64,000 nt of DNA. Source: Takakia lepidozioides. Its lineage: Eukaryota; Plantae; Bryophyta. The position numbers and the translations under genes are program-made. Numbering within the stretch: the first letter of the stretch is position 1; every line of letters begins with the position of its first letter. The stretch covers positions 22,816,001 to 22,880,000 of the forward strand of contig CM060734.1 in the NCBI GenBank assembly GCA_030704615.1, given 5' to 3'. Positions 48,720-60,500 of this stretch are shown one piece after another. Below the pieces are notes generated by a model, which saw only the letters and a list, made by a program, of their open reading frames with translations, made no database searches and had not been told where the DNA came from.

Positions 48720-51700
48720 ACAGGTCTGCCAGGTAACAGGTTTGGTAACAGGTTTGGCAGGTCTGCCAGTTTTGCCAGGTAGTTTCTTTGTGTTGTAGAT
48801 ATTTGGGGAGGGGTTGGGTGCGCGAATATTGGAGTTGCCTTGGGTCAATAGCGGCTAGGGGCGTGACTCCAGGCGGCAGTTGGTAGAGGGGGTGTGGACC
48901 ATCGGGCATTTGTTGGTGAGAGAGGAGGAGGATGGTGGCATTGGAGGGGGATGACTGTGCCGCGAGCCGTGCCCATTGAAGTGCGTCTTGTAGATGGGGC
49001 CCTTGGGGGGGGGGGGGGGGGTGCAAGGCCATGGCCAGTCTAGGTATGCTGGGATGCAGAGCTGATGGCTCCAAAGAAATAGTCTCTAGGGTGAGGGCTA
49101 GAGTATGACGAAAGTGTCATAGGATATGTAAGCGGGCTAGAATAGTAGGAGTGTGTAATGTGAAAGGATTCTATAAGAAGTGTTAGGATGTCCGGAGGAA
49201 AAGTAGTATGTGACTGGGCTAGAGATAGCTTGATAAGGGAGCGGGGTTTTTTGAGGGGGGTATCGGCTAGATACCGTTCAACTAGCCAGCAGACTTCTAT
49301 TGCAAAGTCCTACCGTGCTGGTGAGAACTGACTAGGTGAGGGGGAAGAGGTAGAAAATCTATGCCAGAGCCAAGAGAGGCGGTTGTTAGCATTGGGGGTG
49401 CTGGTGGGTAGGCCACAAATGCGTTTAGTGAGCTGGATGAATTGTTTGTCAATTAATTCGAGATCTGGGAGAGAGAAGGGGGCTGCGTGGAAAGAGTATT
49501 GGACTTGTGGCTTGAGTACGGTTTGAATGAGGGAGAGTTTGGGACGGATGGATACCGGGGATTTGAGAAGGGTCGTATTTCTGTCAGTCAATTTAGCGAT
49601 TGTAGTGGATTTTTGTAGGTGTCAAGTAAGGGAGGGGACTAGTTGTATGCCCAGGTAGGTGTAGGGTTCGTCAGGGCCTAAGAAGGGGAAATTTTTGTTT
49701 TGGTAGTGGATATACAATTTGAGTGTGAGGCTGTCGTGGCTTTGGTGAGTTTGCTATAATGGGTAGCTGCGGTGATTGCACATTTGTGGAGGCTGAGCTC
49801 CATGCCAGACCATTGATTAAATCTAAATAGTTTGTCTGCTTGTCGGTTGATATGTTGAGGGGTGTGGGCGAGGATGGCAAGGTCGTCTGCGTACGCCGCC
49901 GCAGAGATGGTATTGTTAGAGGTTTTATAGCGGTAGCCTACCTTACCTCGGTCGATCCATCTAAGAAGGGGCTCTAGGAAGATGATGAACAGGTAAGGGC
50001 TGAGAATATCTCCTTGGATAGTGCCTCGCAAAATTGGGATAGGGGGAGTGGAACCGTAGTATGAGCCAGAATATTCTGTGGAGCTGTCAGTATAGATGTT
50101 GCCGATGAGTTGTATAGCGTCAGTGGGATAGCCCAGGTCCGTCATAATGGCGAGAAGTCGGGCGTGGTCAAGAGATCCAAAGGCATTTTTAAAGTCAATG
50201 TACAGGAGATAGATGTCATGTTTAGTGAGTTTGGCGTCTTCGAGTGCAGATAGGACATATTGTATTTGGCGAGTGGTACTACGAGTGGCACGGAAGCCTT
50301 CTTGGGGGTCACTAAGAATGCGGTGCTGCTCTCCATAGCAGGAGAGCATTATGGTTAGCGTACTAGTGAAGAGTTTGTATATGGTGTTGGCTAAAGCTAT
50401 AGGGCGGTAGTTACCGAGATCTATAGGGTCCCCTTTTTTGTAGAGAAGGATAGTACGGCTATGTTTCCAAGATGGAGGAATACGTCGTAGGCGATAACAA
50501 AGGTGGAAAAATTTGAATAAGAGGGAGTGAAAATGAGGATCTAGAGCTTGGAGTATGGCATTGGGGATGAGGTCGGGACCGGGGGCTTTAGATTTGGATA
50601 GGGATTTGAACATGAGTCGTAAATAGCTATGGTGAAGAACGAGAGGATGGTATCCTCAGGGGCCCCATGTTTATCTAAGGAGAATCCGTCGATGTCATGC
50701 CAAGGGTAGTGTAGCAATCGTAAGTATGTTTGCTGGGGTGGAGGCAGTGCTTGACTGTGGGTGTGTAGGAGGCTGAGGCTTGCGCCCAGATTTCATTCTT
50801 AATATCGTCCAGTTGGGTTACGAGGTGGTCATGTCGGTTTCTGAGGCAGTCGATAGGGGGGTTGAGGGCAGGGTTGAAGATGGCTTTGTGGGCACGCTTA
50901 GGGTGATCACGTAAAAGTTTCCCGAAGGATGAGACGAATTTCTTGTGATTGGCGGTGGCTGTTTGTTTGGTGATGTTATATGCGGCCTTCTTTGCATCCC
51001 TGCCGATTTTGGCTAGGGTAGCAATCCAGCTGGGTATGGCTGTGGGGTCATGAGTTGTAGGATGGATGTGAGGGTACGTTCAGCTGCAAGCCACGTGGCT
51101 TCCGGGTATTGGGAAAGGTTCGAGTCGGATAGGGTGTGCGAGAGGGTGAGCATTAAGGCGGAGGCGGCTGGGTGAAAATGGGATTTGAATGCGGCTATAT
51201 TACTATAGGGTAGAGGGGAGAGGAGACGTGGTTGAAGGGGTGGTGCCTGCGTGACGGGAACTGGTCAAAAGGGGATGAGTGATGGTGGGAGGGAAATTGA
51301 GATTGGGTAGTGGTCGGAATTACATAGGCTATCAATATGTACATGGCTTTGCAAGTGAGGAGGGATGGCCTCGCTGGTACGTAGGTAGAATCCATCAATG
51401 AGGCTTAGTGAGGAATAATTGAGGCCACCTTCTCTTGAATAATGGTGGTCCGAGGTGATATATGCGAGGTGATGATGGGAGGTGAATTGGGCCCAGTCTC
51501 GGTCAGCTTGGGATGGTGGTCGGTGCGTGCCATTGAAAGTGTGCCCTAGGAGTGCAACATCTTTGTTGAAGTCCCCGGCCATTACGACGTGGTCATGTTG
51601 ATGTGTGGGTGAGTAAGTGCCGCGGATATGGTACTAAGAATTTCAGGGATGGATGAGAGGTCCTCGGTGTGGGATGGCATGTAGAGATGAATGAGTAGAA

Positions 51701-53355
51701 TAGGGCAGAGGGCCGGGGGGTGAAGGTGTAGGATTTGGAGGTGGGAGCGAAGATGGATGGGTACGGTTATCTGAGTGGTGGAGCTAGGGGAGTGGTGCGA
51801 GCGTAGGATGCCAAATGCCACCCCACCTCTTGTGGGTTTATAAGGTGTTGAGCGCCTGAGAAGGCACTGTGGCGCAGTGAGTGGGTTGTTGTATAACAAG
51901 TAGTAGTCCGGGAGAAGTTTGTTAATGTATGAGCTATTAGTGTTACTGGTATGCAGTTTGGTTTCTTGTAGTAGGATGATGTGGGGGCGGGAGTCAGTGT
52001 AAGGTGGACGAGGCTCTGTATACTAGTAGCTAGGGAGCCTATGTTCCAGGAGGTGATATTAAGGGAGCTACTGCTAGTGGTGGGCAGAGAGGCTGGTGAG
52101 GCGGAGTGGGTAGTGATAGGGGGGGGGTGGGGGGGGGGGGTTAGGTGGCTGGGATGGGGAGAGGCTCGGAAAGGGGGGGGGGGGGGGTGCCTCTTAGAGT
52201 GGCTAAGAGGATGTCTTTGGAGAGGAATGGGAATTTTTGAGTGGTTGCGGTGGCGTCCGGATCTAGGGTGGTGATGGTAGCCATGTGGGCTCCGAGGGCT
52301 TTATGAATTGTACCTGGGTGGGACTGCAGAAGATTTAGGGAGGAGTGGATGGTGGGTAGGGGGTGCGGTGGTGCTAAGTAGTTATGGGGGTGCGGGGGTA
52401 GGTCTTGTAGTTGTGAAAGGAAGGGACGGAGGAGGGATGAAGAGTGGGAGTGAAGAAAGCCGTTACATGTATCCGGCAAGGGAGAGATGAGTATTATGAG
52501 AGCAAATAGAAGGTGGGACTATGGAAATGCTTGGAGGTTTTGTAGGGTTTTAGATAGCGCTGGGCAAGGATTAGTGGGGAGTCCAAAGGTTGTAACATGG
52601 GCTATTGGTGGGTGGTGTGTGGATGGGTCGCGGGGGAAGAAGGGAGCAAAGTGGTCGGTGATATGTCGATAGTTATGCATTAGTGACATGGTGTTCGACT
52701 GGAAGTATAATGCATATCTGTATTGTGCATCGATGGGGGACTCGCTGATGATTTCCTAGAGGGTAGAAGGTCCGGGATTTGGATGTATGTCCCCACAGCG
52801 GAGAAGTAGGAGGGTCAAGCAGATGTCCGTGTATAGGTTATTTGGTTTGGGGGGTGATGATAAAAGTGTTTTGACTTATCTAGGGGATATCGACCTCGGG
52901 GGGAGTACATGAAGGGTGGGGTTTGGGATCCATGGCGGGGTTTAAGAGTTGCTGGCGGGGGTTTAAAGATCTGCTGGATAATTAGTGTAATAATGTGGTG
53001 GATTGGAAAGGGGGTGGAGTGTTGGGAAGAGATTGAGTGGGTGGAGGAGGTATTTAGAAGAGCCCAAGGTAAGCACTTGGGGGTTGGGATCCGGGGGTGG
53101 GGAGGTGGCTGGTGGGGCGGGTGGACGGGAAAGGGCAGGGGTGTTAGAAGAGGATGGTGGCTAGGGGGGAGGGTAGAGTAGGCGGCTGTAGGGTGGTATG
53201 GGTGGAATGAGGTTCCGGGATCTAGATGGAAGTAGGGTGAGGGTCAGGGGGGATGAGTTGTGTGGCTGGATGAGTGGGGGTAAGGATGAGTGTTGATGAG
53301 GGCATTCGTGAGTGGGGGAAATGACGGTTAAGGTGCCACGGACTATCCAGGCGGA
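48720..53355 (-). mobile_element. Degenerate non-LTR retrotransposon (APE + RT), probably Dualen/RandI-like, truncated at both ends
   Basis: APE motifs ITSWNIG, LQETK, AGDFN, IDGF, SDHYP (52060-51300). RT motifs KAPGPD, NYRPIAL, QEGFR, YIDFKNAF, GTIQGDILSP..IFLEPLLRW, YADD and YLG (50610-49640). The clade call is from recalled motif style only. Confidence 0.9.
52768..52830 (-). other. 2A/StopGo-like peptide TDICLTLLLLRCGDIHPNPG|P within the LINE ORF
   Basis: Translation of the minus strand: CTC CTA CTT CTC CGC TGT GGG GAC ATA CAT CCA AAT CCC GGA CCT (52812-52768). Confidence 0.8.
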
Positions 53356-54759
53356 CAAAAAGAACAAAAGAGGCTTGAGCTCAAGTGGCAGAGTTGACTC
53401 CCATTGACTGGTAGGATGTATTGTGACCCTTTATTGCTTGCTTGTGTTGTGCAAGCATTTTTCATGGTCTAGGTGGGCCTTTTCAGGGTTATCTTGGGAT
53501 CCCTTCAGCTGCCAATGACACCATACAATGCAAGGTACAAATAAGAGACAAACACCTGAAATCCAACACCAACTTTTAACTTGCCCATGGGTCCCATTGA
53601 ACTCAGAAAATTATATTGATGGGGAGGTGGATAGCCTGACCTGGCTGTCTATTTATGCGAGTGCCGAGTCTTCAATCCAGCAGCCCTGGTGTTCTTTGCT
53701 GCAGATACTCTTTCAGTCACAGGTACAATGTGTTTTCGCGATTTCTTTCTTGGGGAATGCCCATCATGGTTGTCATTTTCTCCCCGTTTGGTAGCCTTTG
53801 TAATGACAGGTTGTGGGGACATGGCATCATCCTAAACTTGGGCATCCATTGTATCCACACCATGGTTGGGATCAGACTGGGAATATAGTTCAGTAGAGGT
53901 CAAATCATTGAAGGCTTCATCATTTTCCAGGATCAAGTGTTTCTTGGCCATCTTATGTTGGGGTTTACGAGGGGATTGAATGGGACGAACATGTGGTTTT
54001 GAAACTGTCTCAATTCCTGCAGAATGTTGATTTTGCTGATGTGGCACAGCTTCCAGTTCATGTTCCAACTCCTGGTAACTCAGTAGCTTGCAATTTGGAG
54101 ATGTCACCGCATCCCCCCCACAATCAGTAGATTTCTTCGCTGTGGCTACCATCCCAATGCTTGCAAATAGATGGGCTGAGTATGGAGGCCGATCTTGGAG
54201 CTCCAATGCGGGGGCGTATATGAGTAATATCCCAATTACTAGAAAATGAAACTGAAGTGCGTGTTGGGTCTGCTCCCAACCCACAGTAAAACCAGCAATG
54301 GTGTCAATAATGGGACTGTACAAGACATGTTAGTGAACATCCGTGGAGTGGGAATGATGTACCCTAGAGGTCCATGAACTCTGAAAGAAGTGAGACTTCC
54401 TAGGCATTGATTAAGATGGACTCAATGAATATGGAGGAAGCATGAGACAATACCATGGATAAAGAAGGTGCAGTCCAGGAAAAAAAAGGAATTTAAGGGT
54501 GCTTCAAGGACTCCACAAGGAACATAGTGTCTATGGAGGAAGAATGAAACAAATACATGGAAGATGAGGATGCATTCCGGGAAACAAAATGGAGTGAAGG
54601 TGCCTTTAAGGATGCACAGGGAATGCATCAAGAATAAGTGTGGCATAAAATGGAGCAGAAGATATACCATGGACTGGTAAGTGATTACCTGGAAGAGACT
54701 TGGGAGGATCACCTTGCCAATCTCCCACAACCTTCACCGCATCAGAGGATGGTCTTTTG

Positions 54760-55710
54760 ATGCCGACACTCCTCTACCAGTCCTCATGCATCTCTTGCCC
54801 GCAATGTCTCTGCAAACAGGTTGTTGAGGACGAAAAGTGCGCTAATGCACACCAAGAATGGTAGGCATGAGTGCATGAAACCACCAAACAATCCCATGTT
54901 GGCTTAAACCCCTTACCACAGAAAGCACATGGTGAAATGGTTAGAAATTCTAGGGAGTTGAATTCAGGAGATTCAACAGAAAGGTTACACATTGGGAAAG
55001 GTTTGAATGATGGCCTATCGTGGCCATGTTCCATCGCATGAAGCTGTTGAGCAATAGCAGATTTCTGCCTCTGACAGACTTTGTACCGATCCGAGGCTAC
55101 ACACCATGCCTCTTCATCCAACTTAGCCTTCTCCAAGGTAGATTTATGCTATGATTCCCTCTCCTCCATCAGCTCTTTAAAGTGGTCCACAATACCCTGG
55201 TGAGAATCAAGCTTGCGATGCAGGGTTTCCAAAAACTCACGACAGGAGCTCACTTCTTCTGCTTGCGGCTCGCTATCGACAGACAAATACTCGTTCAACT
55301 TTAGAGTCTCGTTGTCATATTGTGTTTGCAACATGTCTAGCTTGACGTTTGCACTTAAAAGCAACTCTCTGCGATCTTGCATTTGAGAGTTCACTCTGAA
55401 CACATCTTGTTCAGCCTTCTCTTTTTTCAACTTCAATTTATCAAGCGACTCCCCTGACAACTTTAACTTGGTATCCAAAGACAAAAGCAAGTCACGCCAC
55501 TGTTCGATACCCTTGATAGGAGCTCTCACAAACATATTCATTTTTGGAGGCACGTCTAATTGCGAGCCAGCTGACCTTCTCGATTTTTCCTTTGTTCCGA
55601 TAGGGAGGTCTGATTGCGGCAAAAACTCGCGCTCCACCTCTACGTATGCTTCCTCCTCGGATTCAACCAAAGACAAACCTCGCTTAAGGTCTCCAACTCC
55701 TACAACGTCC
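54760..55710 (-). pseudogene. Intronless coiled-coil plus RING-H2-like ORF, truncated at its 5' end by the gypsy fragment
   Basis: Heptad-rich ORF 55149-55676 continues into CAFC...SCTHAYHSWC...CLQRHC. Premature TAG stops are present. Confidence 0.65.
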
Positions 55711-57335
55711 TACCAGAAGTAAGTACAATGATAGTAACAAAAAGCAAAGCCAAACTAATACCTCCAGTAGTTGAGGAAGATGATGATAATGAAGGTGGCA
55801 GTGATATGCTTGAAGATGATGAGGCTTGGAGAGATGAGAAGGAACTGCACAAGGAAGTGGCAGATACCATAAGGGAAATGCAGATGAGTACTGATATTCC
55901 TGTGGCAGATTCCTCTGATTCTGATGGAGAAGAAGAAGTGAGTGAGGATGAAAGAAAGAAAGAATTTGCAGACATGCAAAGTAATGAAGGGACTTTGGCT
56001 GAAGTAATATGCCAGACCAAAGCGGAGATTACCATTGGACAGCTATTGGCTTGGAAGGAAGCCAATAATCTGCTTGCTGCCTATGCGAGTTTGGTTGAAC
56101 CTCATGCAAAGCGCATGGAGGCTTTATAGCAGTAGCTAGATATGTACAAACTCAGAGAGGAGCAGACTCTCAGAGGTGCCACAACCAACTTGGTGGATAA
56201 CCAACTTCTGCAGGTCTAGTTAGCACAAGGACCGGTGGAAGGCAAAGCACCACGGAAGCTCACCCAAGCCGAGATGAATGAGCTCAGGCTGCAGGTGCAG
56301 AACATTGCCACAACTACTATAGACAATGTCTATAGTAGGATAGCAGAGCTCCAAGAGGATGTAGACGGCCTGCAGACTCAGGTGGAGGACCTAACATCAA
56401 ATATTGACAAGAGAGTCTTTGTACCTGAGGAGCAGCTGATGGCTTCTTATTTACAAGCCAGAACTTTAGCTTTTCAGTCTTCTTCGCAGGGGGTGCAGGA
56501 GATGCCAGTGGTACAAGAGCCAGTGCTACCAATACCACAACAAGTGACTGTGACAGTAGTTGACCCTGTTGTTACTACAGCCACACCACAGCCACCACAG
56601 CCTGAGGTATGGGGGAGGGGGGGGATGCTGCTTTTAACCCACCTAAAACTCCTGCTGCACGGGAGTACAGTCAGGCTATGATTATGCCCTTCAACCAAAT
56701 TCCCATTGTGTTGGATTTGGCTTGGAAGGAATTTAGTCCAATAAACCACATTACTACCAAATCATGCGCATTTGGCTGCCAGTGGCAACTAGGACTAAGG
56801 TTCTTCCAAACAATCGACCCATTGAGGATCATCACTTTGCGAGATACTGGCATGAGGCAAGTACCATGTTGAAGGAATTAATTGCCTTCCAAGTTGTACA
56901 TGGATTCATTTATACCAAGACCAAAGAGGTAGCAAGTATTGTCATGGGCTGCGGGCTATACTACGCTGCTTGTTTTCTGGCACGTTATCACATTGAACAG
57001 CAGAAGATGCAATCGCGCTTTCTGAGTTATTCCAGTGGGGATCATTAGATCTTACCTGCAGTGTCACCTCATATGTATCTATATGAGGCAAAAGTTATGA
57101 TGCAAAAGGATTCTCAAATTCATTCATGGTTTCATGCAGCCTGGAACAATTTGTCAACACAGAAATTCGGGCCTGGCGATATTTTCTTTAAGGGCCATGA
57201 GGCATGGAAAAACTTGCACAATTCACAAGTCATTGGTACACCACTCACCTGGACAGACAAGGAGTTTAGGGTCTTCACCAATTTTGCAATTCAACGCTTA
57301 CAACAAGTTTTACACATTAAACTTCCAGACATGGT
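55711..57335 (+). mobile_element. Internally deleted, LTR-less fragment of a second member of the 34376-47734 gypsy family
   Basis: 55711-56051 aligns to 38001-38347 and 56048-57335 aligns to 45093-46367. The two parts are joined at a GGCT microhomology. Confidence 0.92.
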
Positions 57336-57506
57336 GGGGGGGCTGCTATTTCATGAGCGGCATGAGCATGAGCGGAAAAAAAAAAAAACATGAGCAGACC
57401 ATTGTAAGTCCACGGAAATAGGGTTAGGAGGCACGGAAATAGGGTCATGTGAAGTTGGAATGTGGCACTAGTGGACTTGAAATGCAACATTTTATTGCAT
57501 TTACTT

Positions 57507-60500
57507 GCCGAAAATGGCTAAGTCCCAGATCTAACTGGGCCCGGAACTGGAAAAATGGCGCCGAATTTCCGATTTTGGTGCCAGTCAGATCTGGGACTTA
57601 GCCATTTTAGGCCCTGAACTAGAAAAATGGCGTTTTTTTTTTTTTTTTTTTCGGTGTCATTTTACCAGTTCGGGGCCGAAAATGGCTAAGTCCCAGATCT
57701 GACTGGGCGCGGAACTGGAAAAATGGCGCCGAATTTCCGATTTTGGTGCCAGCCACCCTAGGGACTTAGCCATTTTCGGACCCGAACTGGAAAAATGGCG
57801 CCATTTTTCCAGTTCGGGGCCGAAAATGGCTAAGTCCCAGATCTGAAAGGGCGCGGAACTGGAAAAATGGTGCCAAATTTTCAGTTGCAGTTCTAGCCAT
57901 CGTAGGGACTTAGCCATTTTCGGGGCCTGGAACTGGAAAAATGGCGCCATTTTTCCATTTCGGGGCCGAAAATGGCTAAGTCCCAGATCTGACTGGGCCC
58001 CGAACTGGAAAAATGGCCGTTTTATTTTAAATTATTTTTTATTTTATTTTATTTTATTTCGGCGCCATTTTTATTGTTCGGGGCTGAAAAATGGCTAAGT
58101 CCCAAATCTGACTGGGCCCAGAACTGGAAAAATGGCGCCGAAATTCCGATTTTGGGTGCCAATCAGATCTGGGACTTAGCCGTTTTCGGCCCCGAACTGG
58201 AAAAATGGCGTTTTTTCTTTTTTTTCTTTTTTTCTTCGGCGCCATTTTTCCATCTCGGGGCCGAAAATGGCTAAGTCCGAGATCTGACTGGGCCCAGAAC
58301 TGGAAAAATGGCGCCGAATTTCCGATTTTGGGTGCAAGTCAGATCTGGGACTTAGCCGTTTTCGGCACCGAACAAAAATGGTTTTTTTTTTTTTTTTTTT
58401 GGCGCCATTTTTCCATTTCGGGGCCGAAAATGGCTAAGTCCCAGATCTGACTGGGCGCGGAACTGGAAAAATGGCGCCGAATTTCCGATTTTGGTGCCAG
58501 CCACCCTAGGGACTTAGCCATTTTCGGACCCGAACTGGAAAAATGGCGCCATTTTTCCAGTTCGGGGCCGAAAATGGCTAAGTCCCAGATCTGAAAGGGC
58601 GCGGAACTGGAAAAATGGTGCCAAATTTTCAGTTGCAGTTCTAGCCATCGTAGGGACTTAGCCATTTTCGGGGCCTGGAACTGGAAAAATGGCGCCATTT
58701 TTCCATTTCGGGGCCGAAAATGGCTAAGTCCCAGATCTGACTGGGCCCCGAACTGGAAAAATGGCCGTTTTATTTTAAATTATTTTTTATTTTATTTTAT
58801 TTTATTTCGGCGCCATTTTTCTTGTTCGGGGCTGAAAAATGGCTAAGTCCCAAATCTGACTGGGCCCAGAACTGGAAAAATGGCGCCGAAATTCCGATTT
58901 TGGGTGCCAATCAGATCTGGGACTTAGCCGTTTTCGGCCCCGAACTGGAAAAATGGCGTTTTTTCTTTTTTTCTTTTTTTTCTTCGGCGCCATTTTTCCA
59001 TCTCGGGGCCGAAAATGGCTAAGTCCGAGATCTGACTGGGCCCAGAACTGGAAAAATGGCGCCGAATTTCCGATTTTGGGTGCAAGTCAGATCTGGGACT
59101 TAGCCGTTTTCGGCACCGAACAAAAATGGTTTTTTTTTTTTTTTTCTTTGGCGCCATTTTTCCATTTCGGGGCCGAAAATGGCTAAGTCCCAGATCTGAC
59201 TGGGCCCGGAACTGGAAAAATGGCGCCGAATTTTCCGATTTTGGTGCCAGCCACCCTAGGGACTTAGCCATTTTCGGACCCGAACTAGAAAAATGGCGCC
59301 ATTTTTCCAGTTCGGGGCCAAAAATGGTTGAGTCCCAGATCTGAAAGGGCGCGGAACTGGAAAAATGGTGCCAAATTTTCAGTTGCAGTTCCAGCCATCG
59401 TAGGGACTTAGCCATTTTCGGGGCCGAAAATGGCTAAGTCCCAGATCTGACTGGGCCCCGAACTGGAAAAATGGCCGTTTTATTTTAAATTATTTTTTAT
59501 TTTATTTTATTTTATTTCGGCGCCATTTTTCTTGTTCGGGGCCGAAAAATGGCTAAGTCCCAAATCTGACTGGGCCCAGAACCGGAAAAAATGGCGCCGA
59601 ATTTCCGATTTTGGGTGCCAATCAGATCTTGGACTTAGCCGTTTTCGGCCCCGAACTGGAAAAATGGCGTTTTTTTTTTTTTTTTTTTTCGGTGCCATTT
59701 TTCCATTTCGGGGCCGAAAATGGCTAAGTCCGAGATCTGACTGGGCCCAGAACTGGAAAAATGGCGCCGAATTTCCGATTTTGGGTGCCAGTCAGATCTG
59801 GGACTTAGCCGTTTTCGGCCCCGAACTGGAAAAATGGCGTTTTTTCTTTTTTTCTTTTTTTTCTTTCGTCGCCATTTTTCCATCTCGGGGCCAAAAATGG
59901 CTAAGTCCGAGATCTGACTGGGCCCAGAACTGGAAAAATGGCGCCGAATTTCCGATTTTGGGTGCAAGTCAGATCTGGGACTTAGCCGTTTTCGGCACCG
60001 AACAAAAATGGTTTTTTTTTTTTTTTTTTTGGCGCCATTTTTCCATTTCGGGGCCGAAAATGGCTAAGTCCCAGATCTGACTGGGCCCGGAACTGGAAAA
60101 ATGGCGCCGAATTTCCGATTTTGGTGCCAGCCACCCTAGGGACTTAGCCATTTTCGGACCCGAACTGGAAAAATGGCGCCATTTTTCCAGTTCGGGGCCG
60201 AAAATGGCTAAGTCCCAGATCTGAAAGGGCGCGGAACTGGAAAAATGGTGCCAAATTTTCAGTTGCAGTTCCAGCCATCGTAGGGACTTAGCCATTTTCG
60301 GGGCCTGGTACTGGAAAAATGGCGCCATTTTTCCATTTCGGGGCCGAAAATGGCTAAGTCCCAGATCTGACTAGGCCCCGAACTGGAAAAATGGCCGTTT
60401 TTTTTTAAATTATTTTTTATTTTATTTTATTTTATTTCGGCGCCATTTTTCTTGTTTTGGGCCGAAAAATGGCTGAGTCCCAAATCTGACAGGGCCCAGA

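Noticed and set aside
56040-56060. Junction as a spliced subgenomic RNA product
   Set aside because: No placement gives GT-AG. Only a poor GC-AG fits, and the 4-bp GGCT microhomology explains the join more simply.
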